Assembly (NCBI GenBank): GCA_023515725.1
Contig: JALDTO010000179.1
Coordinates: forward strand, 266,052 to 330,051
Origin: Amoeboaphelidium protococcarum X5
Lineage: Eukaryota > Fungi > Aphelidiomycota
Length of the DNA: 64,000 bases
Direction: 5' to 3'
Shown here piece by piece: positions 51,219-63,448 of the stretch. Both the position numbers and the translations under genes were made by a program. The notes beneath the pieces were generated by a model. It had not been told where the DNA came from and searched no databases. It worked only from the letters and a program-made list of their open reading frames with translations. Positions within the stretch are counted from its first letter, which is position 1; the number at the start of each line of letters is the position of its first letter.

Positions 51219-53597
51219 ATGATGAGTTCAAGTCAGAGTATGTCTACGCAGCAGTCTTTATAATAGAATATATGGGGATACATCTTCATTATTCGCAGGG
51301 ATGGATCACATGGAAAAGGACTGGCCATAGATAGTCCAGATTTAGTTTTTGGCAAGAGTGAGAATGCAGACATTCGTATCATGTTGCCTGGAGTTGATGA
51401 TATCCATGCAACTCTCACTGTGAATCAGGATGGGAAGGCGGTGTTGACCAAGAAGGGCAAGTTTGATACATGGCTGGATGGATAACTGGTGGAACAGTCA
51501 GAGATTGTCAAAGATGGCTCTGTATTTAAGATTTGTGAACGTAGTTTCGTATTCTGTTATCCTGAATCAAAGGTGGTTGCACAGAATGCTCCTCAGTCTC
51601 TGCCTAGACGCAACATGGCTCATGCGAAGACTAGTGTTAAGAAGATGAGAAGACCATCCATGACTCTCGGCAGTTATTACTCGACTGTTAAAAAGGATCT
51701 CACTTCCATTCTATCATCTGTCAAGTCTTCATCATCATCTGGTTAACAGCCTTAATAGAAGGACACTAATCCAACAGCTGGAGAACTAAATGTAAAGAAG
51801 AGTGTCAGAATGAGTCAGACGTTATCCTTTGCCGCGAGCTCTTAAAATGATAGATCAACTACTCCTCCTACGGTTGCAGATTTGAAGGTAATAGCGGATA
51901 ATCCAGTTGAGAAATTGTTATTCAGCCCGAAGAAGACACCGAAATCTGATAGAAAGTTGGTCAAAGTTGTAAAGACTCCAGATATTTTGTCTCCTCATAA
52001 GAAGCGCAAGACTCCATCTGGATCTGCAAAAGCTGTAGTTAATCGTACTTAGTCAGCCGGTGGTAGTTTTTAGCACAAACCTCATTCCTGTGCTAGTCCT
52101 CTTGTTCGCAAATTGGTGCCAATCAAGGAGTCTTCATCTATTGACGATACTGATGATTTGCATAATAGTGTCTTTAACAGTCCAGATGCTAATCTAAAAA
52201 TGGTGGATAACGACTCCATAACTTTGAATGATGATGTTGCGGATGCTAGTTTCTTTCCGATGGTTGCTGAAGATTCTAAAAATGAATAGACTAAGTTGGA
52301 CGTGAAAGCTGACAAGACAATGACTTTGTCAGAAATTGCAGAAGAACATGGCGAAGCTGAAGACAGTATCGATCAGTCGAATGAGCCTACTGAGGATACT
52401 GATAATTAGGAAATTCTGCCTGATTCTTTGAGCTCTGCATAATAACCGTAGTCCCCACCACCGGCTTAGACTTCTACCAATTTACCAGACTTGCTAATGT
52501 CTCCTCGTCGTGGGTCTCTTCGTTGTCGTAAGGGTCGAATGTCATTAATTGCTGTTTCAAAAGAGAAGGCAAAGAGTCGTTAATCTGTGATTTAAACGTC
52601 TAACTTGAAGATTGATCTTAAGTTGGCTGTGAAGAAGGAATTGACAGTGAAAGAAAGTCCCCGCGTGGATTCAGTTGTTGAGGATTTTGAAGGGAAGACT
52701 GATTCTGTTTAGATTGTTGAGAAGACTTCCTGTGAGGAGATCAAAGTCACGCAATAGGTTTTGATGACTGACTAAGAGTAAGATGCTACTTCTGATGATG
52801 TTAATGGTGAATGTGATAAAGCTGCGGCAGCAAGTGCTGAAGTGGTGCCAGAAAAGGATATTGATTCCGATCGTCAATCAATATAACCTATTCCTGAATG
52901 TGAGGCTCCCGTCGATGCAGCAGTATAGGGAGATGAGACTGTCGTTGATAGTAACTAGAGCGTTATTGAATCGGTTATTGAAGTGAACTAATCTTCGCAT
53001 GTTGAAGAAGTATGTATTATTGAATAGACCGATGTAAGTGATCAAGCAGTCACAGAAGATAGCGAGAAGTAAAACGTTGATGCCGCTGAAAAGGTTAAAG
53101 AAACTCAATAAGAATAGATTGAATCAAATACTGCTAAAGTTGACTAAGCAGAAGATGTTGATGAAGATAAAAGTCGTGAGTCTTAGCCTTAAGTTGATGA
53201 TCCGGTAGATTAGAAGGATGAAGGCTCCATCGATCCGGAAGATACTGCTAACGCTAAAGAGAATCTACCGGAATAGAATCAGTAGTAGGTTGATGATAAC
53301 ACTGCGGATTAAAATAACGACGAAAAATCTTCTGAGGAGATTAACGAGGAGCCAGTAATAAGAAAGCCTGTGACTAGATCTAGAGCGACCAAGAAGAGTA
53401 AAGCGGACTCTGCAGCGAAGAATTTAAAGTCAGAAGCTACGGCAATTCCGTCCTCTGTAAAGTCCAAGAAGGGAATTTCTGCCACTTCTAAAGCTACCGC
53501 TACCAAGAAGAAACTGTAACGTAAAATTGACTTGAGTTCGGATGCTCCTGTCCGTAGAAGTGCCCGATTACGATCCAATGTCACCTCCAGTCATTGA
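51219..53597 (+). CDS. Protein with an N-terminal Ki-67-like FHA domain and a long disordered basic/acidic tail
   Basis: WGYIFIIRRDGSHG...LVFGKSENADIRIMLPGVDDIHA...LDG...VKDGSVFKICERSF. Many SP/TP sites. TGA at 53595-53597. Confidence 0.75.
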
Positions 53598-53772
53598 TTA
53601 ATATAACGACTGTTTATGAAGATGTCAGAATGAAATTGTAAATATATAAGAATGTGGTTTAGTAATGTAAAAATTCAAATTTATTATGCTTAAACTGCAG
53701 TAAAATATTCAATCTTAAGACTAAAGGAGCATTTTATTATAAAATTGTCTTAGTCCAACTATCAATCTTTAA

Positions 53773-55161
53773 TCATTCAGTCTTTTAAACGATGAGCTAG
53801 TCAGCGTCAACTAACTTCTATTTCTGCACCTTGAGAATACCTTTGGCTGCATTCTTGATAATGACTCTACGCGATAATCCTTGAGCATCAAAGTAAACCA
53901 GCACAAGATCCTGACCAATGCCAACAACTTCCCCTGCAAATTATCCCGCATCATCACCATATCTATGAGTAATCAACTCAATTGTGGCTTTGCCCGACTC
54001 CTCTGTAATTATACGAACACTCTGCTCAACGCCGCTCATCACATTAGAAGCAGCCACCATTGATTGTGCCATAGCGTACCAGAAATCAGTTCTCTATTGA
54101 CCAGCTCTACCCATACCGGTGGCACTCATTAGCATATTACCAAATTGCTCTGAGCTATACACCACAACCTTGGTGAACTGACGAGTAACGTATCCGATAC
54201 TTTTGGTGCCGGAACGCAAGAATTTCACGTAAGATTTCACAATTGGCGATACTATGGTGGCTTTATCGTTTGGTGCAATCTTCTGCTTCAAGTAGTCTTT
54301 AGTAGAGTGCATGGACGTACCCAGATGTTGAGCTGCAGATATCATACCAGAACTCACAGCCATACTACTTTTAACAGCACTATCAGCCATGGATCTGATC
54401 ATGCTCTTCTGCTGGTGCTAATCAGAAGCTGATGTATCAACAGCCTTCTCAGTAAAGTCAATATCCTCCTGGTTCACCTTCTCAGCAATACCCATCACAC
54501 TATCTTTGGCTTCAAATACTACCGGCTCAGTCTTGCTCATCACTGCATGTTTAGCAGTCATCAGCACTCCATTAACAGATTCTGTAATCTACTTGAAAGC
54601 AGAAGAGTCCAAAATCTACTAAATCTAACCACTAATGGTGTCCACAATCGCCAACTGTCCTTTATGTGCAGCCAGCTAATAGCTTGAGTGATGCGCTAGG
54701 AACTGTTCAAACAAGTCAACTGGACTCTATGATTGAGACTAATCTGTCTTTTCATTATCCACCTTTTACTTGTTAGCGCTAGAACCGCTTTAATCATTTG
54801 ATGATGCAGATATCTCAATCTTGAATAGGGCAGATGAAGAATCTGCATTCGGAAAAACGAATCCATTATCACCCTATTTGTACACCTATGATTGCGGTGT
54901 CAGTGGAATACTAAAATCAGTATCAGCTATTCCCAGAAGATGCATCGGTACAGTTTAGTGGTTACCAGAAGATTAAGCAGATTGCTACTATTAAACACTA
55001 TCCAAATTCATTCGCCACACTTGTAAAATACCTTCAGCCACCTTGGCACCATTCTTTGATAGATCCACCACCTTCACATTGTCATAGGATGCAATCATAA
55101 TAGTCGATTACACCTAGATAGGAACAGCATCCTAGAACTCTTCGCTATTAATATTACTCAT
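53773..55161 (-). CDS. Senescence-domain (spartin-associated) protein
   Basis: Amphipathic Ala/Ser/Gly-rich C-terminal region (..YLKQKIAP.., VLGYG-like segment) and N-terminal IPLTP...FVFP. Confidence 0.6.
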
Positions 55162-55674
55162 ATTCTATAAATTGTTTCAGTTATTTTGTTAATAGTAGAA
55201 GGAGGTAGTTAATAGATGTGATATAATGTAAACAAAACAAGGAAACAAAGCGGAAAGATCTTACAGTTGAATTTGAATGAGTGTCTGCTGGCGTTGAAGG
55301 ATTGATTGACGTTTCTCCTGCCTGACTCTGAAACTGACTCGATCGGAACGAATCTTATGCGCTCGTTGATTCATCGATAGTCACACCGCGCGGCTGAACG
55401 TGAAACAAGACTTAAAAGGTTTTGATGAATCTGTAATGATATCGGATGAGTGTGTAATTTCATACCTCCTTATTTTATGCGTACTCCTGGCTATGTGGTT
55501 TGCAATATCAATTATTAAAATGTATAGATCAGTTGTTACTTAGTTATATTTTAAACTAGTTTATTAATTACTTACTATATATCACATTTCACTTCCTATC
55601 TAAACGGAATACAGAGTCGAACGGTACCATCTTATCTCCTTTATGAAGCTTTTTAAAGTCATCTATAACCATTA

Positions 55675-56520
55675 TCATTGCAACATCTCCAGCAATTCCT
55701 AGTACATATGGGCAAACTAAAAGACTTTTGTGTGATAAATGTACGCGTTGACTAATGTGACGTCAAAAAGATGATGGTATATGATGAACTAGTACTTTTT
55801 GCGTAATCTTCTAGCTGTTTTACGTCCAAACTTCATCTGATCATTTTTACCCACGCCAGGCATAGCAGCATTATAAATGTGAACCACATTGGGCTTCCCA
55901 TCACGCCTAATCAAAAAGAACTTCAACCAGCTGTTACAGCTAGGCGTCATTGGGCTTCCCATTACGAATCCGACTCTGTTCCATTTCCCCAAACGCCCAG
56001 AAGATAACCAGTCAGGCATCACCAACTGACGATAGAATGCAGACAGGCTTCTTGTCAAACCAGTTGATGAGCATGAAGCGATTCCAAAACATTTTAAAGA
56101 TATTTCCTTTCAGATGCTTTTTGTAAGGCACCTGCAGGACACTCTTTGGCAAATGACGACGATTGATTCAAACAGTACCAATAAAATCAGTCTGGCGTTG
56201 AGATAACTCGTATGCCAAGTTTACATCAGTGTAAAAATTATCAGTGGCCAGTAGGTGTCCTTAGTCAAGAATTGACTTCACCTCAATGCTCATCAACGTC
56301 CATACAATCTATCCTGGCTTGGACAAACCTTTGGGCACCCAATCACTCGTTCTCGTAGCAGCACCATTATCGAACAGAAACCGATAACAATAGCCATGTG
56401 TGGAAGATGCCAGGCAACACACTTTGAACCCAAACCGTGCAGCTTTCAATACTTTTACTTCAATCTAGGCCCACAAAGTCTGCACTTAATAACATCAAAA
56501 TGCTGTATGGCAATAGCTAT
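55675..56520 (-). pseudogene. Decayed piggyBac (DDE_Tnp_1_7) transposase fragment
   Basis: KAARFGFKVCCLA...GYCYRF, HLLATDNFYTDV.L, FIGTV*INRR, WFDKKPVCILSS, KPNVVHIYNAAMPGVGKNDQ, LFDVTLVNAYI. In-frame TGAs at 56168 and 56012 plus frameshifts. No TIRs found. Confidence 0.85.
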
Positions 56521-56927
56521 TCGGATAAATTTCAATTTTACATTGAACAGTCAGTCTTAGGTTCAGCCATTAAAAGACTCGCATTTCTACAATTTAACAC
56601 TGTCTAGCATTTATATGATACGGATATCAATATTTCTATACTTCCAGGCCTGTATAAGACATAAAATTATCATAGTATCAACTAAACTCGGCCGATTGTA
56701 ACACTTGTTTGTTAGAAATCGCACAGCATTACGGTAGAAACGGATAAGATGGTTCTCTCCTCTCGTCGCCTCTAAAAACCACAGAGGGAAAGAGAAGAGG
56801 AGCGAGAGCCGTTCGTTCCTTTCGCGCCTACATTGAATCAGGATTTTACACTTTGCAATTACTACTACGGACATTGTACTCTTCTCCATATATATAAAAC
56901 CTTTTATTAGATTGACAATTATATAAA

Positions 56928-57379
56928 ATGAGTTGGTTTGCACCTGCATCAAAGACTTTGTGTGAATTGCGCTTACACCTCTGCCAGACATCTGCTGGTT
57001 CTCAAGGACTTCGGTATGGCTATTAGAAATATATTTATATTGATTGTTATAATTAAACTAGATGGTGATGATAATACATCTTGTATGTGTGTAAATTTAA
57101 TTTGTAGAGAGTTTATTATGAAAAATTACGTTCCAATGAAGAAGGCTGTCGGTCCTCAGTTTCCAATCTTGGTTAGGGAAGCTAGTGGATGCGAAGCGCG
57201 TGCTATTGCTAGATATGGTAACTTTTTGAATTCTCGATTTTTCTATATTGAAATATTTAACCACATAACAATAATAAAAGTGTGTAGATTATGGAGTGGA
57301 AAAGAAAATCTCTTTGGACAATCTCAAGTCTTCAGAGATTCAAGACAAGTTGAAGCAGTTGATCTAGTAATAATAGTGA
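56928..57379 (+). CDS. NDUFA2: Complex I subunit NDUFA2 (B8), 2 introns
   Basis: ELRLHLCQTSAGSQGLR|EFI.KNY..MKK...FPILVREASG..ARAIARY|DYGVEK. Introns at about 57014-57107 and 57218-57288. Confidence 0.92.
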
Positions 57380-57432
57380 AATGATTGCTTAGTGGATTTT
57401 ATTTACATCACATTATATTTTAAGCTCTTAGA

Positions 57433-58538
57433 TCATTGCCGCGTGATGAGCGTATGTTACTTGACTATTTTCTCTAGATTTTTCATACTTTCAGCAGGAT
57501 CTGATTTAGTGTTTAGTGGTCGAATCTCTTCTATGGATGTCTAACATCTGCAGCAGGTCAATCCATCTCGTTGCGCTTCATAAAGACACGCGTAACAGAA
57601 CGAGTGACCGCACTTGACACTAACATACGCGTTCACAATAACATACTTTCTACTACTAATCTATGACAGATCAGCGATGGAGGTGGTGTTTCCAGTCTTG
57701 TGCTCATGACGTATAACACAGAATCCACACAGATCAGACGGTAGCTACTTCAACTATTTAAGCTATAATGTGGACAATCTATCGCTCTAACTCTGTCGAA
57801 ATATTCCAATAATTGATCTGATTCTACCAACGTTTATCAGGGGAAGTATAAAGGTGGCAAACTCGCCCAAACTGGTCCAAACCATCAATCTGTTCACATA
57901 CTCAAGATCAAGAGCACGTGCGGCATCTATATCACTCTTATACATCACGATACCCAGGCATCTATGTACCAGCGATCTGTATATTCCATTGCGCAAGAAG
58001 AGTATAAAGTTAAGTAAATGACAAAGATCTAACAACTTCTCCGCCCTATTCCACCATGTCCACACTATCCGCTGCCATTCATCACGAGCATAATCGCTCC
58101 AACCTTCGCTCTGAATATACAATTGGATACGCTCCCTAATCCACGGTAGAATGGATAAATAGATGGCGTACCATCGCAAAGTGCCCGGTGACAGAAATGA
58201 TCCATCCGCACGTCTAACTGGTTCAACGTTCTGCATCGCATCTCCCCATCGGGCACCGGATTTGAACAAGTAGCTTAATAGAGCACCTCTTACCAGCAAT
58301 GTAATTTCTGGTGTAAACTTGTACAGTGCACGATTCTACATACCACTTTACAAACTTGGCATTGCTTTATATTTACATTACGTTTAATAAGATCGAAACT
58401 TACTAAATAGGATAATTGCTTAAACTCTCCGACAAATAAATCTTAAATCTCTCTGTCCAACTACAGTCCCTCCAATTAACTGACACGATCTGCAAAGTGA
58501 GCATTCTCCTCCTTGTTCCAGTCTCTAAGCATTTACAT
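57433..58538 (-). CDS. PEX2: Peroxin Pex2 (RING), intron at about 58337-58403
   Basis: RVSQLEGLQLDREI, GDAMQN, LLNFILFLRNGIYRSL, EYVNRLMVW..LGEF..FILPLIN, RING C..C...CGHSFCYAC...C.RC. Confidence 0.9.
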
Positions 58539-58684
58539 TATGATGATGATGATGCTGATGATTCTTTGATAGATCGCTAACCAAGATAAAACACGAGCGC
58601 AACTCATTAGAAGAAGTAAACGAATCAAAGTAACTAAACAAGATAAATTATGCATGAAATCGGATGTTAAATCAACAATCAAAT

Positions 58685-61564
58685 TCATCTTCTTCCACCG
58701 CGCCTTGAACGAGCAGTGGCTATCCTCCTACCACCAGTTGAAGACGGGCCTTGCGCTCCGGCTGTTGATGATGACGACGACTGACCAACAGCAAATAATT
58801 GCGGCTAAGATCCTGAATTATTCAAACCTCCACTATTGAACTGGAAAGGTGACGTGGAACTTCCACCATTAGCTGTATTCAACTAGTTCCCACTACCGAA
58901 AGTGAAAGCAGCAGAAGAGCCGCTGCTATTTAAATCACCCACCGGATTGTTAACAAACGTATTACTAGTTCCAAACTATGGCACAACTCCGGGTTGCTGT
59001 GACTATCCTAATGGATTATTTATAGGAGCAGAAGAACCAAAACTACCAGCAGAAGCATTCAATTATTACGGCGCGCCAGTGTTAAAAGAAAACGGCGATG
59101 ATCCATTCGGTTGCGTGACATTAGCCAGAGGTTGAGCACTTTAGGCCCCAAATGAGAATCCGGTAGAAGCTGTTTAAGGTGCAGCACTTCCAAAAACAGG
59201 TAAATTGCTCGCTGACTAATTAGCATTGGTACTTGCACCAAAAGTAAACGGTGATTGACCACTGGTATTCTCTTGAGCAGGTGCAGCAGTATTGCTGGAA
59301 GACGCCTATCCAAATCCAAACACCGGTTTAACTTGCTCTGCGCCATTGCTTGTGACACCATTAGGCTAAGTACTGCTACTACCAAAGCTAAATCCATTTT
59401 AAGAAATAGCTGGAGTATGATTAAGAGTTGACTAACCAAAGCTAAACGTAGGCTATGCCGAAGTAGATGCAGACTTTTATTCTCCATTGGCAGGTGTTAC
59501 TCCGGCTATACCTTGCCCAAACACGCCAACATTACCTGATGCAGATGTCCCGTTAGCTTTACTTTTATCATCCGACGATCCGAAAGAAAATTAAAATCCA
59601 GTAGATAATGGAGCAGTGGTAGTCAGACTTTAACCAAATTTCACAGGCGCAGTTGGCTCCTGATTAACAGATTATGAAGCCCCAAATTAAAATCCAGATT
59701 AAGTGCCTGCAGTAGAACTTTACCCGAAAATAAAACCTGACTATTTAGGCTCTTCTTACTACGATGATTTGGCTGTCACAGCAGTAGTAGTAGAGCTAGC
59801 CGGGGTGTTAGAAGCACCAGCGCCAAAGGTAAAAGATGGCTTTTAAGCCGGAGCAGCCTCAGTTTTCCCGGTAGAACCCAAAGAGAATCCACCAGTTTAA
59901 AGCGCGTCAGTATTGACTCCAGCACCAAATTTAAAACCAAAGGGCTCCGCTTTAGCACTTTCAGTCTGTTTTATAGCTTCTCCATCTTATTAAGAGCTGG
60001 CAACTTTCGAATCTATTGTCTACTGCTGAGTATTAGCGATCTATGGCGTTGCTGACTGACCAGCTTGTGCATCATTATCCATCATTTCATCATCGTTCGT
60101 GGGTTCATTATTCCCCGATTAAGGCTTCTATGCAATGCTGCCATTAGTCGCCTATTCGGGTGCCTTTTACTCAGCTTAAGCCGCGGTTCCAAAAGAGAAG
60201 CCAGAAGACAATTGTGATGAAGACTTACTACCGGCAGCATCCTTGGCATCCGCGGATATAACCAACTTTCCATTTTCCTACCCTTTATTAGATATTTCAG
60301 GCTTCTGTTCAGGTTATGCAGGGGTAAAGCTAAAGGGTGGCAATTAATGAGTCTTCTACTCTGACGGTTGAGACTTCTTTTCATCTTTCACTTCACTAGA
60401 GGCTGCACCGAATGAAAATGAAGAAGAGCTATTGGAATCAATGGGCAAAGTCAACTTTGTAGAATCAGCAGTAGATTACTTTGCAGAACCAAAGGCAAAT
60501 GTTGGCTTTGTCTCTTGACTTTAGACTTCCCCATTCCCGATATAATTCACAGCTGAACCAGACTCTTTAGAAGTACTCTCACTAACAACGCTTTAGATTA
60601 CAGACGTATCTGGTAATACTTTAGTCTCCTAACGAACGGCCACTTCAGTCTTTGACGGAGGAATGTAAAACTAAACAGCATTACTAACTTTGAATTCAAC
60701 GGCAGGTTTCTAAGACTATTATTATAGTTATACCATCGGCAAAGCAGGCTCCGTAGAGTCTTATAACGCCTCCTTTACGATCTAATTGGCAGCCTTATTC
60801 CAATCGCGTTTGTATACAAAACCATTAACATCTGAGGCATCGAGCGAGTACTTGCTTCGTCTCTATTTCTACTACTCTAGCATGGCAGACGCGTACTTAC
60901 TCCTACCATCTTTACGCAAGAATGGTGAAGGAGCAACAAACAGATCCTTCTTACCAGCGTCTTCTGCTTAGTTAATTTCTACGGTACCATGTTAAGACTT
61001 CAAGTATCGTTCTGATTGTACGTAATCTTCCTACTTACGCTTCAGCGACACCGAACACGATGGCATTTAATCCTCAAACTAAAGCAGCGGCATTTTAATC
61101 TCATTCAACTACATCAACTCTTGTTCACCAATACCATCATCACCAGCTACACCGATATCTTCATCTTCAAACTTTTAGCGCTAACCTTTCGACTAATCAC
61201 CGCGCCGTTTCACTAGAGACGGACTTTCTTCAACTGAACCGCCCAACTACCTCATAGTGGAACTTCTTCTCATAGAAATAGCAGGATCTTAATGTGTACC
61301 ACGCTTCACCACCATAGACTTATTCGACTAAGCAGAATAAGGTGTAGAGCGATTGGATCTCAGACCAGAATTCTTGATGAGTTATTGCTACTACTACTAA
61401 TGCAACTAATGGTGATGGGGTCGACTGGGAGTTCTGGTAGTGGAAATCAACTATCTCGATGTCTTTCTCTATATAATCTTATTAATATCATCATCAGCAG
61501 ATATACCAAGCAAGGACTTGATAGGCTTAGTAAGTGAATCGAATATCGAGCCAATTAGAGTCAT
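58685..61564 (-). CDS. FG-repeat nuclear basket nucleoporin (Nup1/Nup124/Nup153-like)
   Basis: Many FxFG repeats (FSFG, FQFG, FTFG) and a basic C-terminus RRIATARSRRGGRR typical of Nup1/Nup153. Confidence 0.85.
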
Positions 61565-61861
61565 ATTCTCTGAGTGCTGGGTAAATGCGAGTTTGTAAAA
61601 AACTGCAAGTGCTTTCTTGTGAGGGAAAAAATTGGGAAGATTTTTGGTATTCTCGGACGACCCGGGCCGGGGACGGACAAAGAGCAAAGAAAGTTGATAA
61701 ATATCGCGTCGGTTTCAGCGACCAATTGTTGTTGGTCGGGTGATGGCGAAGAAGCAACAATCAGCGTTCGTTATTGTTAGCGTGCTAAGTGGAACCGTCT
61801 TTATTGTATTTGTATCGCAGTAAATTTGTCTCGCTTAAGTTTAGAGAAATAAGTAATTAAT

Positions 61862-62539
61862 ATGAGTAGTAATAGAGAACTGATTACTTAGAAGCTTGAG
61901 AATATGCTTGCCGAGTTGGAGGGGAAAGAATTCGACAAGGATAGCATAGCGGCAGTTGTCGTGGACATTACCACTGTGAAGCGACTGTGTTAACAGCTTC
62001 AGGATCTTAATAATGGCGAATTTGATTTTCAACTTAAGAAATAGACTTAGAAAGATTTGGTTGGGTATTAATAAAGAACTAGCGAAGTAGGTAAACGGTT
62101 GGATCAAGTTAAGCGCTAGATCGAGAAAGACAGATTGGAAATGGAAAGATCAGAGCTTCTGCAACCTCCACAAAATGGCGATTACAGGTATGGTTAGTAA
62201 CAATAATAGTAATAATCAGCGTCTTCGGTGCAGTAGAGCTACCAACAGTCTCCTGGCGAATTGAATTAGAGAATCCAAGACTCGGTCAATCGGTCAATGG
62301 TGATGGTGGATCAGTACATAGAGATGGGTAACGCGAGTTTGGATAGGATAAGGTAGCAAGGATTTACGCTTAAAAATGCTCAAAGGAAAGTCTATGACGT
62401 GGCCAATCAGTTAGGCGTGAGTAATGAGACTATACGGTGGATGGAACGACGGACAACAGAAGACAAATGGATATTCTGGGGTGGTGTGCTGATTACGAGT
62501 ATTATCGTTTTCATCGTACTCTATTACGTGGTCTTTTGA
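61862..62539 (+). CDS. BOS1: Qb-SNARE Bos1/membrin
   Basis: QGFTLKNAQRKVYDVANQLGVSNETIRWMERRTTEDKWIFWGG plus a C-terminal TM helix. Confidence 0.9.
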
Positions 62540-62827
62540 TCTATATATACATGTTTACATAAGTGTATCTGTGGGAAAATACGTTTTTCCCATTTTCCGA
62601 TCTGTGGGTTGCTTACTCTTCCAGGGAACGCGCTGACGGTTGTGCAGCCTCCGTTAATTACCGTTTGTGTGGCACAGCATCATCAATTACGCAGGTGGCG
62701 CAATTTTCGCATCCCAGCTATTTATCTTCTTTACCATTTAAATACCCGCATTCATAAACAGTATCTCTTTTATTATATCTAATACTACCCTGCTTGATTA
62801 ATTTACTGTTATCGTATCTTATCAGCC

Positions 62828-63283
62828 ATGGAATCCACTTTGAAGACTGCTCCAAACAAGCGTGTGAAATTCCTGAAAGATTACATCAATCTGCCAACGT
62901 CTGCATACGCTGCATCGAAGCTGCCTCTTCGCGCCACATTGTCATCCACGTCATAGTCTTATCCGGTGTATGATATAGATGAAGCTAGGTTTAATTACAC
63001 TGCAGCTGCTTCTGGCCTCTTTCATAATGTAAGATCTGTCCGATATGGGAGATGTTTGCCGAAAATTGGTAAATCCTCGTCCTTCCCATTGCATGATCGG
63101 ATAACGTCTTCGCAGTCAACTGAACCTGTGGCGCACGCTGAGGTATAATAGACAAGAATTGCTGTTGCCAAAGATATGGTGAGCCAATCGATGGATGCTA
63201 ATCAAAGCAATTCAACTGTTGCCTCGTGGTAGCTCACAGAGAGCGAAGAGTATATGACCGTGCTGAACCTGCCATTCTACTGA
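62828..63283 (+). CDS. Hypothetical protein (151 aa) with an N-terminal RVxF motif
   Basis: ATG 62828 to TGA 63281. MESTLKTAPNKRVKF. No recognised family. Confidence 0.5.
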
Positions 63284-63448
63284 CCGAATGATCATTCGGC
63301 TTTTGAAAGACATTACAAAGCATCAACAGTTACAGTCAACAATACGCGGAATAGCCAGTTATCAAGTACACATAGAGTATAAAATTATTATAATATTCTA
63401 ATATAAATAAAAGTACTCCAAGTAAGCTTTCAACTTTTTATTGTGATT

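Noticed and set aside
55500-56650. piggyBac terminal inverted repeats and TTAA target duplications
   Set aside because: Several TTAA sites occur, but no matching inverted termini could be identified.
56938-57384. 148-aa ORF in the track
   Set aside because: It reads through the introns of NDUFA2. Only the middle exon is in the real frame.
62570-62760. Hairpin tgggaaaa-tacgt-ttttccca and a GC-richer tract as a possible snRNA or ncRNA
   Set aside because: No convincing match to U1/U2/U4/U5/U6, tRNA or snoRNA boxes by eye. An Infernal/Rfam search would be needed.
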